64,000 nt of DNA, from contig OZ024740.1 of the NCBI GenBank assembly GCA_964016885.1, positions 38,750,001 through 38,814,000 on the forward strand, read 5' to 3'. The notes beneath the pieces are model-generated. The model saw only the letters and a list, made by a program, of their open reading frames with translations. It ran no database searches and was not told the DNA's origin. Both the position numbers and the translations under genes were made by a program. Numbering within the stretch: the stretch's first letter is position 1; each line of letters begins with the position of its first letter. Positions 1 to 16,951 of this stretch are shown here, in pieces. The DNA comes from Eledone cirrhosa. Taxonomy: Eukaryota.

Positions 1-82
1 ATATATATATATATAAATATATATATATATAAATATATATATATATAAATATATATATATATAAATATATATATATATAAAT

Positions 83-150
<68 letters not shown>
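1..150. repeat. (TA)n/(TATAAA) microsatellite
   Basis: Pure TA dinucleotide with AA interruptions. Confidence 0.97.
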
Positions 151-151
<1 letters not shown>

Positions 152-259
152 GAGAGAGAAAATTGAGGTTGGTAATGGCACATGGAATATATAAGAGACA
201 GAATACTTTTTCGTGAAAAAACATAATTTTATATGGTAAGGAAATAATAAAGGGTATAA

Positions 260-307
260 AAAATGACCGGTTTCGATGGGTCTGCAAAAGCCATCTTTTC
301 AAATGTT
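260..307 (-). ncRNA. Minimal type I hammerhead, U3-A8 variant (inverted copy)
   Basis: Reverse complement of 2380-2427. Confidence 0.55.
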
Positions 308-702
308 GATTAATATTAAGAAAAATTAATAATACGAAGAGTTAAAATTTGAGATTTGAAAATTCAAGTATAAAATTCATTGTGGGATTTCATAGTAGTT
401 TTCATCTAGGTAGCAACAACAAGTTGACTGCTGTGTCCCTTTCTGGTTGTGAATGAGAAGTTATTTGTGGTGTGGGTTATTTTATAAAGGTCAGATTTAG
501 CAATGGCCAACTGGCCAGCTGCTGGTCAGTGAGGGGGTGGAAGCAATATACATACATATATCTTCCTGTGGTGGGTAGGAGAGTGGAGCGTGATAGAAAG
601 GGATTTAGTGCACTTACACCTATATATACACACATACCTTCATCCACTTAAAGATGTAAAAATGAAGTCTATTCTTGAAACACACAAGATCCTTAAAAGT
701 AA

Positions 703-1170
703 ATGACAACCCAAATCACTGGACCAAATATACCCAAACCAATCCTCAACCCTACAGTTACCAAATGTGGTAGAACAAACTGTGGAACGTGCCTCTACCT
801 CACTGAAGGACAAACATTTACATTCAAAGATGGCCAAACATTTACAGTAAAAAACAATTTCACCTGCAACTCGGAGAACTTGATTTACGCAATAATTTGC
901 GGTGCGTGCAAACACAACTACATAGGACAGACGGGCACCTCATTACGCAAAAGAATGACTATCCACCGCCAACAAATCCGGGACGCTAACACAAGAAAAA
1001 TCCCCTTGAGCAGCCATATTGCGAACTGCGCAGGAATGACACTACCCAACTTTAAAATCTTCCCCTTCTACAAGTGCTCAGATTCGTTCACACAGCAACA
1101 AAGAATAAACAAAGAAAATCTATTCCTTAACAAATTTAAACCAAAACTAAACGGGTTATCACCCCAATAG
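703..1170 (+). pseudogene. PLE C-terminal Cys-rich linker + GIY-YIG endonuclease fragment (Neptune-like linker)
   Basis: KCGRTNCGTC...FTCNSENLIYAIICGACKHNYIGQT...R...H...H...E...LN; RT is missing. Confidence 0.85.
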
Positions 1171-1459
1171 AATTGTCATAAAATATAAACACACATACGC
1201 ACGGAATCACTACTATTAAAGACCAGAGACCAATTCTGTAGAATCAGGTTTATTCGTCGACAGACCATGCCTTTGTGTGACCAACACATCCATGTTAAAC
1301 CCTGCACGTGCACACACATATATCTATATATATATATATGCGCACACAGAATTCACCACTGTCGGTTGCGGGGCCCAATCTACATGAAGAACTCAATGTG
1401 ATCAGAATGACTTGTATTTTAATTTCACTATCCCAACTTCTTATATTATGGAAAAAATA

Positions 1460-1762
1460 TATCTGTATGTATGTATATATATACATATATTTGGAGGCCA
1501 TTTCTCTGTGTGTGGGTGTATGTATGTGTATATGTGTATGTGTGTGCATGTGGATGTATGTATTGTGTGTGCGTGTGTGTGTGTGTGTGTTTATGTATGT
1601 GTGTATCTGGATGTATGCGTATGTGTATATATATATATATATGTGTGTGTGTATATATGTGTGTGTATGTGTATATATATGTGTGTGTGTGTGTATGTTT
1701 GTATGTGTGTATGTATATATATATATATGTATATATATGTGTGTGTGTGTATGTATGTGTGG

Positions 1763-1796
<34 letters not shown>

Positions 1797-1869
1797 GTGT
1801 ATATATATATGTGTATATATATATGTGTGTGTGTGTGTATGTATCTGGATGTATGTGTATGTATATATA

Positions 1870-1902
<33 letters not shown>

Positions 1903-2066
1903 GTGTGTGTATGTGTATATATATGTGTGTGTGTGTGTATGTGTGTATGTATATGTATGTGTGTGTGTGTATGTATGTGTGTATATGTATATATATATAT
2001 ATATATGTATATGTGGATGTATATGTATATGTATGTATGTGTGGATGAATGTATGTGTGTATATAT
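1460..2066. repeat. Compound (TA)/(TG)/(TATG) microsatellite inside the PLE 3' UTR
   Basis: Direct reading. Confidence 0.95.
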
Positions 2067-2379
2067 AGGTGTAAGTGCACTAAATCCCTTTCTATCACGC
2101 TCCACTCTCCTACCCATCACAGGAAGATATATGTATGTATATTGCTTCCACCCCTCACTGACCAGCAGCTGGCCAGTTGGCCATTGCTAAATCTGACCTT
2201 TATAAAATAACCCACACCACAAATAACTTCTCATTCACTACCAGAAAGGGACACAGCAGTCAACTTGTTGTTGCTACCTAGATGAAAACTACTATGAAAT
2301 CCCACAATGAATTTTATACTTGAATTTTCAAATCTCAAATTTTAACTCTTCGTATTATTAATTTTTCTTAATATTAATC

Positions 2380-2427
2380 AACATTTGAAAAGATGGCTTT
2401 TGCAGACCCATCGAAACCGGTCATTTT
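2380..2427 (+). ncRNA. Minimal type I hammerhead, U3-A8 variant
   Basis: aacat TTGAAAA gatgg-cttttgcagac-ccatc GAAA ccgg TC atttt; palindromic ccgg in stem III; stem I has one mismatch. Confidence 0.6.
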
Positions 2428-2577
2428 TTATACCCTTTATTATTTCCTTACCTTATAAAATTATATGTTTTTTCACAAAAAAGTATTCTGTCTCTTATAT
2501 ATTCCATGTGCCATTACCAACCTCAATTTTCTCTATAACCTTCGTTTTATGTAGAAAATTACACTTTTCATATAATA

Positions 2578-6484
<3,907 letters not shown>

Positions 6485-7178
6485 ACAGCAAGTGCCCCAA
6501 AATACTAGCTCTTTCAATTGCACAGAGGGTTCTATAGAAATAGTGGACAGCTTCCGTTACCTGGGTGACAAAATCACCAGTGGGGGAGGGTGCTCCGAAA
6601 GTACAGTAGCTAGAGTCAGAACTGGATGGAAAAAGTTCAGAGAGCTTATACCACTATTAGCCGCTAAAGGGTTCTCCCTAAAAGTGAAAGGCAGGTTGTA
6701 CGATGCCTGCATACGAACAGCAATGTTGCATGGCAGTGAGACCTGGGCATTGTGTGCAGAGGATATACGCAGACTAGAGAGGAACGAAGCTTGCATGTTC
6801 CGCTGGATGTGTAATAGTAATATACGTGAACGGCAAAGCATAAACGAACTAAGGAAACAATTAGAAATAAGAGGGATCAGATGTTGTTTACTCGAGAGAA
6901 GGCTACGTTGGTATGGTCACGTGATGCGCATGAAAGACGACAACTGTATAACAAAGTGCAGGGCAATAAAGATAGACGGTAGCCACGGAATAGGCAGACC
7001 TAGAAAAACCTGGGACGAGCTGATAAATTCCGACCTCACACACTTACACCTCTCCAAGACAATGTCACAGGACCGAGAGCTTTGGCGGTACTCAGTAATA
7101 GAGAAGAGCCGCCTTACCTAAATACAAAGTAAAACCTACTAGTCAGTAGGCATCTCTAACAAAATACATAACTTTACA
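6485..7178 (+). mobile_element. 3' fragment of RTE-clade LINE (ORF remnant 6492-7121), tail-to-tail with the long copy
   Basis: FRYLG...LRWYGHVMRM...GRPRKTW; highly similar but not identical to the C-terminus of 7277-9394. Confidence 0.92.
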
Positions 7179-7276
7179 TAGAACGGGGTGGTGTGGATGG
7201 GGTGGGGGTGGTGGCGGTGGGACGGGGTGTATTTTGTTAGTGATGCCTACTGGCTGGAGTAGGTTTTACTATATAT

Positions 7277-9494
7277 TTAGGTAAGGCGGGTCTTCTCTGT
7301 TACTGAGTACCGCCAAAGGTCTCGGTCCAGTGACATTGTCTTGGTGAGGTGTAAGTGTGTGAGGTCGGAGTTTATCAGCTCGTCCCAGGTTTTTCTAGGT
7401 CTGCCTATTCCGTGACTACCGTCTATCTTTATTGTCCTGCACTTTGTTATACAGCTATCGACTTTCATGCGCATCACGTGTCCATACCAACGTAGCCTTC
7501 TCTCGAGTAAACAACATCTGATCCCTCTTATCTCTAATTTTTTCCTTAGTTCGTTTATGCTTTGCCGTTCACGTATATTACTGTTACACATCCAGCGGAG
7601 CATGCAAGCCTCGTTCCTCTCTAGTCTGCGTATATCCTCTGCACACAATGCCCAGGTCTCACTGCCATGCAACATTGCTGTTCGTATGCAGGCATCGTAC
7701 AACCTGCCTTTCATTTTTAGGGAGAACCCTTTAGCAGCTAATAGTGGTATAAGCTCTCTGAACTTTTTCCAACCAGTTCTGACTCTAGCTACTGTACTTT
7801 CAGAGCACCCTCCCCCACTGCTGATTTTATCGCCCAGGTAACGGAAGCTGTCCACTATTTCTATAGAACCCTCTGCGCAATTGAAAGAGCTAGTATTTTG
7901 TGGGCACTTGCTGCTACTTATTGCACCAGAACACCGGCCACATGTAAAATCTATGTTCTTAGTTAGCTTACCTGTGATTCCACTACATCTTTTATGCACC
8001 CATACTTTGCATTTAGGACATAAAATGGAGTTTCTACCTACGCCTTTCCTACACACTGAGCATGGCCACTTGCCGGAATGGACCGTCGCCTTATTTTCTT
8101 TCCTACAAACTAGAACTTTAGTCTTAGCCAGGTTAATTTTAAGTCCTTTTGATTCTAGGCCGTGCTTCCATGTTTGGAATTTCTTCTCTAGTTCGGTCAT
8201 TGATTCAGCTATGAACGTTAGGTCGTCTGCGTATAGGAGTTCCCATGGGCAGCCTGTCTTGAACTCCTCTGTTATAGCCTGAAGGGCAATAATAAATAGT
8301 AGGGGGCTGAGAACAGAGCCCTGATGGACGCTAACTTTTACGCTAAACTCTTCACTATATTCGTTGTTAATTCTAACCTTGCTGACTGTTTCTTTATACA
8401 TGGCTTGTATAGCCCTCACAAGCCATTCGTCAACGCCTAGTTTTCTAAGAGCCCACCAGATAATGGAGCGGGGGACTCTGTCGAAGGCTTTCTCCAAGTC
8501 GACAAAAGCTAAGTAGAGGGGTTTACCTTTAGCTAGGTACTTCTCCTGTAGTTGTCGTACTATGAAAAGAGCGTCTGTGGTACTTTTACCTGACACAAAC
8601 CCGAACTGCATTTCATCTAGGTCAATTCGCTCTCTGATTAGTTGCGCTATTACTTTTTCCGTGACCTTCATGACCTGGTCGATTAATTTAATGCCTCTAT
8701 AGTTGCTCCTATCTAGGGCGTCTCCTTTACCCTTATAACAGTTAACGATGATGCTGCTATGCCAGTCCTTCGGAACAACCCCATTCTGTACGACTTGGTT
8801 AACTATGCGGGTGACCATGGTGTGTCCCACCGTGCCAGATGCCTTCAGCATCTCAGCAACTATTTCCGAAGGCCCAGCCGCCTTACCCGTCTTCATATCC
8901 TTGATTGCCTTACTTATTATACTCCCCTCGACTAACACTGCTGGTCCCTCTATTGGGTCGATATGGGGGAGACTGTCTTTCTCCCATTTATTCTCCTCAT
9001 TTAGTAGTCTTTCATAGTGACACTTCCAAGCTACCTTCTTATCAGTGTCGGTGATGGCAAGTATGCCATCATCGTTAAGTACACACTTCTCCCCGACAAT
9101 ATCACGGTTTTCCTTGACGCATTGCCTAGCAATCCTGAACACCTCACGTTTTTGGTCATCGCGTTGTAGAACATGCTTGAACTTTCTTTCCTCAGCTTCC
9201 CTTCTTGCTAAGTACACTTCTCTCCTAGCTTCCCTCCTAGCCACTTGATAGTCTACTCTACTTCCCCCATCCCGCCATACTTTCCAAGCCTGCTTTTTGG
9301 CCTTAATTGACCCCTCCACCTTACTGTTCCACCACCATGTTACTCTCCTCCTGCCTACAGGCCTGCTCCAGCCACAGACTTCGTCTGTCGCCAACAGCAG
9401 GTTTGCTTTCAGAAATTCCCACTGTCCCTCTATATTGTCCGACTCTAAATGTTCTTCCTTACTGTCGAAGGCATCAAGTAATATGCTTTGAAAT
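7277..9494 (-). pseudogene. RTE reverse transcriptase with inserted PHD-like Cys/His finger
   Basis: NYRGIKL, QFGF, FVDLEKAFDRV, HQGSVLSP, LYADD, CSVC...CPKC...HKRC...CGRC, FRYLG, GRPRKTW. Confidence 0.93.
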
Positions 9495-10547
9495 TTATTT
9501 ATTTCTGGCTGTGGGGTCCTTTAGCTTCCATATTTTTCTCCTGAGGATAGTCCTCTTCTGCTGTCGAGTACGTCTCGTCCTGACTATGAGGTCGCTAATT
9601 ATCAGTCTATGTTGGGAGGTGCATTCTTCATGGGGGAGGGATTTAGTGTTTACAACAGACACTCTGTCACGTCTTCTGGTAAGGATATAATCTACCTGGC
9701 TTGTGTGTTCCCCGGATCTATAGGTGATCAGGTGATTGTCACGTTTTTTGAAGTTAGTGTTACAGATAGTTAGGTTATTTGCATCACAGAATTCCAGGAT
9801 TCTGGAGCCTTCCTCATTTCTAGTACCAAACCCATAGCCTCCATGGATTTCGTCGTAGCCGTCACAATGTTGTCCAACGTGACCATTTAGGTCGCCTGCA
9901 ATAATTATATAGTCACTGTCAGATATTTGGGAGGTAGTTAGCAACAGTGTCTCATAGAATCTGTCTTTTATAGTGCCGGGCAGTCCGGATTGGGGTGCGT
10001 ACGCTGATATTACTGTCACCGTAGTTCTATTGAGGACAAGTCGTATTTTAATTATTCTGTCGTTCACTCTATTTACGTCTATTATCTTATCTGCCCACTT
10101 TTCTGCTACCATGATTCCTACTCCACCCAGCCCATCGTCGTTTCCCACCCAGAAAAGCTTATAACATCGTTTTTTACCCTCAATGAATCTAGCAGACCCA
10201 CCCCTCCACCTGGTCTCTTGAATACAACAAACATCGACCTCCTTACGTTCAAGCATTTCTACAACCTCGTTAGCGCGACCCTTTAGGGTGCCTACATTTA
10301 TGGTACCAACTCTGAAGTTTTGGATTGCGTTTGGGGGGTGGGGGCGGTGGGGGGCGGGGGGAGATGGGGTTATGTTAGCCATCCGCGGACGAAACAAAGA
10401 GGAGTGCTCGCATTCTCGTCCACGAGGTGAATTTGACTTTAACTTTGGCATTTTCGCTCTGAGCGTCCAGATTTTTCTCTCCCTTCCACTCTCCAGGATT
10501 CCGCAGTCCGTCCATCCATCCATCCATCCATCATATATCAAAGGCAA
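9495..10547 (-). pseudogene. RTE apurinic-like endonuclease (EEP) domain
   Basis: TINVGTL, CIQETRW, SAYAP, GDLNGHVG, QVDYIL, SQHR; the true start is probably downstream of 10547. Confidence 0.92.
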
Positions 10548-10569
10548 CCGGGCAAGCGATAGTATAGGC

Positions 10570-10700
10570 CTCTGGCTTATGATTGGTCCGCGTAATAATA
10601 ATAATGGTGATGCGTGGGGGGGGGGGGTCTCTGGCTTATAATAATAATGGTGATGCGTGGGGGAGGGCTCTGGCTTATGATTGGTCCACGTATTAAGAAT
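10570..10700. repeat. Short imperfect tandem repeats in the RTE 5' UTR
   Basis: ctctggcttat x3, ataataatggtgatgcgtgggg x2, gattggtcc x2. Confidence 0.7.
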
Positions 10701-11239
10701 GGTGGTGTGTGGAGGTGGGTGGGAGGGGTGTGGGGTAGCTAGCTGGAAGGTTATGAATGTTTAACAAGCGATTAACAAAAAGCAAAACTGCAAGATTTGT
10801 TCTGTTCAATACGACAAAAACAACCGTATTTAAACCTAAATAAATAACAAAAAATACAGATTTCGGATTTTGCGAGATTGGATGTTTGGACTATGTACGA
10901 AATTGGAGCGTGGAGTAGATAGAAAAATGTGTACGTTACGATTACATGGGCACACCGTAGTAGGAATAATTGAAGCAGCAATGGATTGGATAAAGTGAAT
11001 AAACATAAAGGGGAATTTATCTTATATATATATATATATGTGTAGCTAAGAGAGAGAGAGAGGGGAAGGGGAAGAGAGAGAGGGGGGAAGAGGGAGAGAG
11101 AGAGTGGCTGACCGCTGCCCCTCGTGTGAAGTAGATGGAGGGTGAAGGGTGTAGAAGCGGGATTTTTTGACTTTCGAAGTAGCATAATATATATATTTAA
11201 AGGAATTTATAAGAAGTAGAATGGGAAGGATTTTATATA

Positions 11240-13666
<2,427 letters not shown>

Positions 13667-13670
<4 letters not shown>

Positions 13671-13880
13671 TTAATTTTATAGAAGGAGCTTCTACAGGTC
13701 TAGTACTGTTTCATTCAGATGAAATCTTCAGGAAATCTCCAGGCGCTTCCTGAAGATTTCATCTGAATGAAACAGTACTAGTCCTGTAGAAGCTCCTTCT
13801 ATAAAATTAAAAAATTTTACTCTGCCATGTATTGAGTACCTTACTTACTGTGGTTATCCCCGACTCAACCCGGGACCTAC

Positions 13881-13881
<1 letters not shown>
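13667..13881 (+). mobile_element. Miniature fold-back PLE remnant: 68-bp inverted arms, 12-nt spacer, ~67-nt tail
   Basis: Arms at 13667-13734 / 13747-13814; tail homologous to the reverse complement of 20331-20395 (gtattgagtaccttacttactgtggtta). Confidence 0.82.
13745..13793 (+). ncRNA. Type I hammerhead ribozyme (mirror copy on the minus strand at ~13688-13736 with weaker stem I)
   Basis: gcttc CTGAAGA tttc-atct-gaat GAAA cag-tactagtc-ctg TA gaagc. Confidence 0.82.
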
Positions 13882-13937
<56 letters not shown>

Positions 13938-14226
13938 CAAATAACGAAACGAAATTAAATTTTGTTTCGTTTGTAACTCACTTTTGTATGACTGACGCTT
14001 AAACAATTAAGTTAAAGATGTACATCCATATATGTATACTGAAATACTAGTATGTATATGAATACACACACGTATACATATGTAGATGTACCAAGTTTTT
14101 TCACTGGTCACTTTACTGTGAGTGGCCAGCTATTCTGTATGTAAACACACAGACAAACCGGTTTTTAGAGTCATACTGGTTTTTGAGGAAACACCTTTCC
14201 TCTATTCTCCAGAAAGCCAGACAAGG

Positions 14227-14271
14227 AATATTGAACTAGTTTCGTTGTTGTTACAACTCATCAGCAATATT
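14227..14271 (-). ncRNA. Minimal type I hammerhead of the 467-bp unit (also 14693-14737, 15160-15204, 15627-15671, 16094-16138, 16561-16605)
   Basis: Minus strand: aatattg CTGATGA gttg-taacaa-caac GAAA ctag TT caatatt; 7-bp stem I, 4-bp stem II, palindromic ctag, GUU triplet. Confidence 0.9.
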
Positions 14272-14330
14272 TACCTATCTTCCGGCCTCTCTAGAGAATC
14301 GTAAAAGCACATAGCGTTATATGCTTTTTC

Positions 14331-14365
14331 TATGAAAATTAGTAGTGGGCAGACTAATTTGCATA
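14331..14365. promoter_or_regulatory. Octamer dyad ATGAAAAT...ATTTGCAT in each 467-bp unit
   Basis: tatgaaaattag-tagtgggcaga-ctaatttgcata; conserved in the 508-bp unit at 55260-55295; function is inferred. Confidence 0.4.
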
Positions 14366-16906
14366 GAGTGTGAGTAAGTACCGGTTCAGCGGAGACGATA
14401 AAAACAAATAACGAAACGAAATTAAATTTTGTTTCGTTTGTAACTCACTTTTGTATGACTGACGCTTAAACAATTAAGTTAAAGATGTACATCCATATAT
14501 GTATACTGAAATACTAGTATGTATATGAATACACACACGTATACATATGTAGATGTACCAAGTTTTTTCACTGGTCACTTTACTGTGAGTGGCCAGCTAT
14601 TCTGTATGTAAACACACAGACAAACCGTTTTTAGAGTCATACTGGTTTTTGAGGAAACACCTTTCCTCTATTCTCCAGAAAGCCAGACAAGGAATATTGA
14701 ACTAGTTTCGTTGTTGTTACAACTCATCAGCAATATTTACCTATCTTCCGGCCTCTCTAGAGAATCGTAAAAGCACATAGCGTTATATGCTTTTTCTATG
14801 AAAATTAGTAGTGGGCAGACTAATTTGCATAGAGTGTGAGTAAGTACCGGTTCAGCGGAGACGATAAAAACAAATAACGAAACGAAATTAAATTTTGTTT
14901 CGTTTGTAACTCACTTTTGTATGACTGACGCTTAAACAATTAAGTTAAAGATGTACATCCATATATGTATACTGAAATACTAGTATGTATATGAATACAC
15001 ACACGTATACATATGTAGATGTACCAAGTTTTTTCACTGGTCACTTTACTGTGAGTGGCCAGCTATTCTGTATGTAAACACACAGACAAACCGGTTTTTA
15101 GAGTCATACTGGTTTTTGAGGAAACACCTTTCCTCTATTCTCCAGAAAGCCAGACAAGGAATATTGAACTAGTTTCGTTGTTGTTACAACTCATCAGCAA
15201 TATTTACCTATCTTCCGGCCTCTCTAGAGAATCGTAAAAGCACATAGCGTTATATGCTTTTTCTATGAAAATTAGTAGTGGGCAGACTAATTTGCATAGA
15301 GTGTGAGTAAGTACCGGTTCAGCGGAGACGATAAAATCAAATAACGAAACGAAATTAAATTTTGTTTCGTTTGTAACTCACTTTTGTATGACTGACGCTT
15401 AAACAATTAAGTTAAAGATGTACATCCATATATGTATACTGAAATACTAGTATGTATATGAATACACACACGTATACATATGTAGATGTACCAAGTTTTT
15501 TCACTGGTCACTTTACTGTGAGTGGCCAGCTATTCTGTATGTAAACACACAGACAAACCGGTTTTTAGAGTCATACTGGTTTTTGAGGAAACACCTTTCC
15601 TCTATTCTCCAGAAAGCCAGACAAGGAATATTGAACTAGTTTCGTTGTTGTTACAACTCATCAGCAATATTTACCTATCTTCCGGCCTCTCTAGAGAATC
15701 GTAAAAGCACATAGCGTTATATGCTTTTTCTATGAAAATTAGTAGTGGGCAGACTAATTTGCATAGAGTGTGAGTAAGTACCGGTTCAGCGGAGACGATA
15801 AAAACAAATAACGAAACGAAATTAAATTTTGTTTCGTTTGTAACTCACTTTTGTATGACTGACGCTTAAACAATTAAGTTAAAGATGTACATCCATATAT
15901 GTATACTGAAATACTAGTATGTATATGAATACACACACGTATACATATGTAGATGTACCAAGTTTTTTCACTGGTCACTTTACTGTGAGTGGCCAGCTAT
16001 TCTGTATGTAAACACACAGACAAACCGGTTTTTAGAGTCATACTGGTTTTTGAGGAAACACCTTTCCTCTATTCTCCAGAAAGCCAGACAAGGAATATTG
16101 AACTAGTTTCGTTGTTGTTACAACTCATCAGCAATATTTACCTATCTTCCGGCCTCTCTAGAGAATCGTAAAAGCACATAGCGTTATATGCTTTTTCTAT
16201 GAAAATTAGTAGTGGGCAGACTAATTTGCATAGAGTGTGAGTAAGTACCGGTTCAGCGGAGACGATAAAAACAAATAACGAAACGAAATTAAATTTTGTT
16301 TCGTTTGTAACTCACTTTTGTATGACTGACGCTTAAACAATTAAGTTAAAGATGTACATCCATATATGTATACTGAAATACTAGTATGTATATGAATACA
16401 CACACGTATACATATGTAGATGTACCAAGTTTTTTCACTGGTCACTTTACTGTGAGTGGCCAGCTATTCTGTATGTAAACACACAGACAAACCGGTTTTT
16501 AGAGTCATACTGGTTTTTGAGGAAACACCTTTCCTCTATTCTCCAGAAAGCCAGACAAGGAATATTGAACTAGTTTCGTTGTTGTTACAACTCATCAGCA
16601 ATATTTACCTATCTTCCGGCCTCTCTAGAGAATCGTAAAGCACATAGCGTTATATGCTTTTTCTATGAAAATTAGTAGTGGGCAGACTAATTTGCATAGA
16701 GTGTGAGTAAGTACCGGTTCAGCGGAGACGATAAAAACAAACGAAACAAAATTTAATTTCGTTTCGTTATTTGTTTTTATCGTCTCCGCTGAACCGGTAC
16801 TTACTCACACTCTATGCAAATTAGTCTGCCCACTACTAATTTTCATAGAAAAAGCATATAACGCTATGTGCTTTTACGATTCTCTAGAGAGGCCGGAAGA
16901 TAGGTA

Positions 16907-16951
16907 AATATTGCTGATGAGTTGTAACAACAACGAAACTAGTTCAATATT
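16907..16951 (+). ncRNA. Minimal type I hammerhead in the inverted arm of the array (also 17374-17418)
   Basis: aatattgCTGATGAgttgtaacaacaacGAAActagTTcaatatt read directly. Confidence 0.9.

Larger units (their letters stand above)
151..2577 (+). mobile_element. 5'-truncated Penelope-like element with inverted pLTR arms (~153-647 / ~2041-2535) and a ~40-nt unpaired 3' tail
   Basis: The arms are near-perfect reverse complements (gagaaaattgaggttggtaatggcac / gtgccattaccaacctcaattttctc). They enclose a GIY-YIG ORF, each carries an HHR, and the element is flanked by (TA)n. Confidence 0.88.
7195..11187 (-). mobile_element. Near-full-length RTE-clade non-LTR retrotransposon (single APE-RT ORF split by one frameshift/stop near 9490)
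   Basis: APE and RT ORFs are in tandem on the minus strand; RTE-type C-terminus; 5' boundary is approximate. Confidence 0.9.

Noticed and set aside
10700-11187. HDV-like ribozyme at the RTE 5' end
   Set aside because: It is expected in some RTEs, but I could not identify the nested double pseudoknot by eye.
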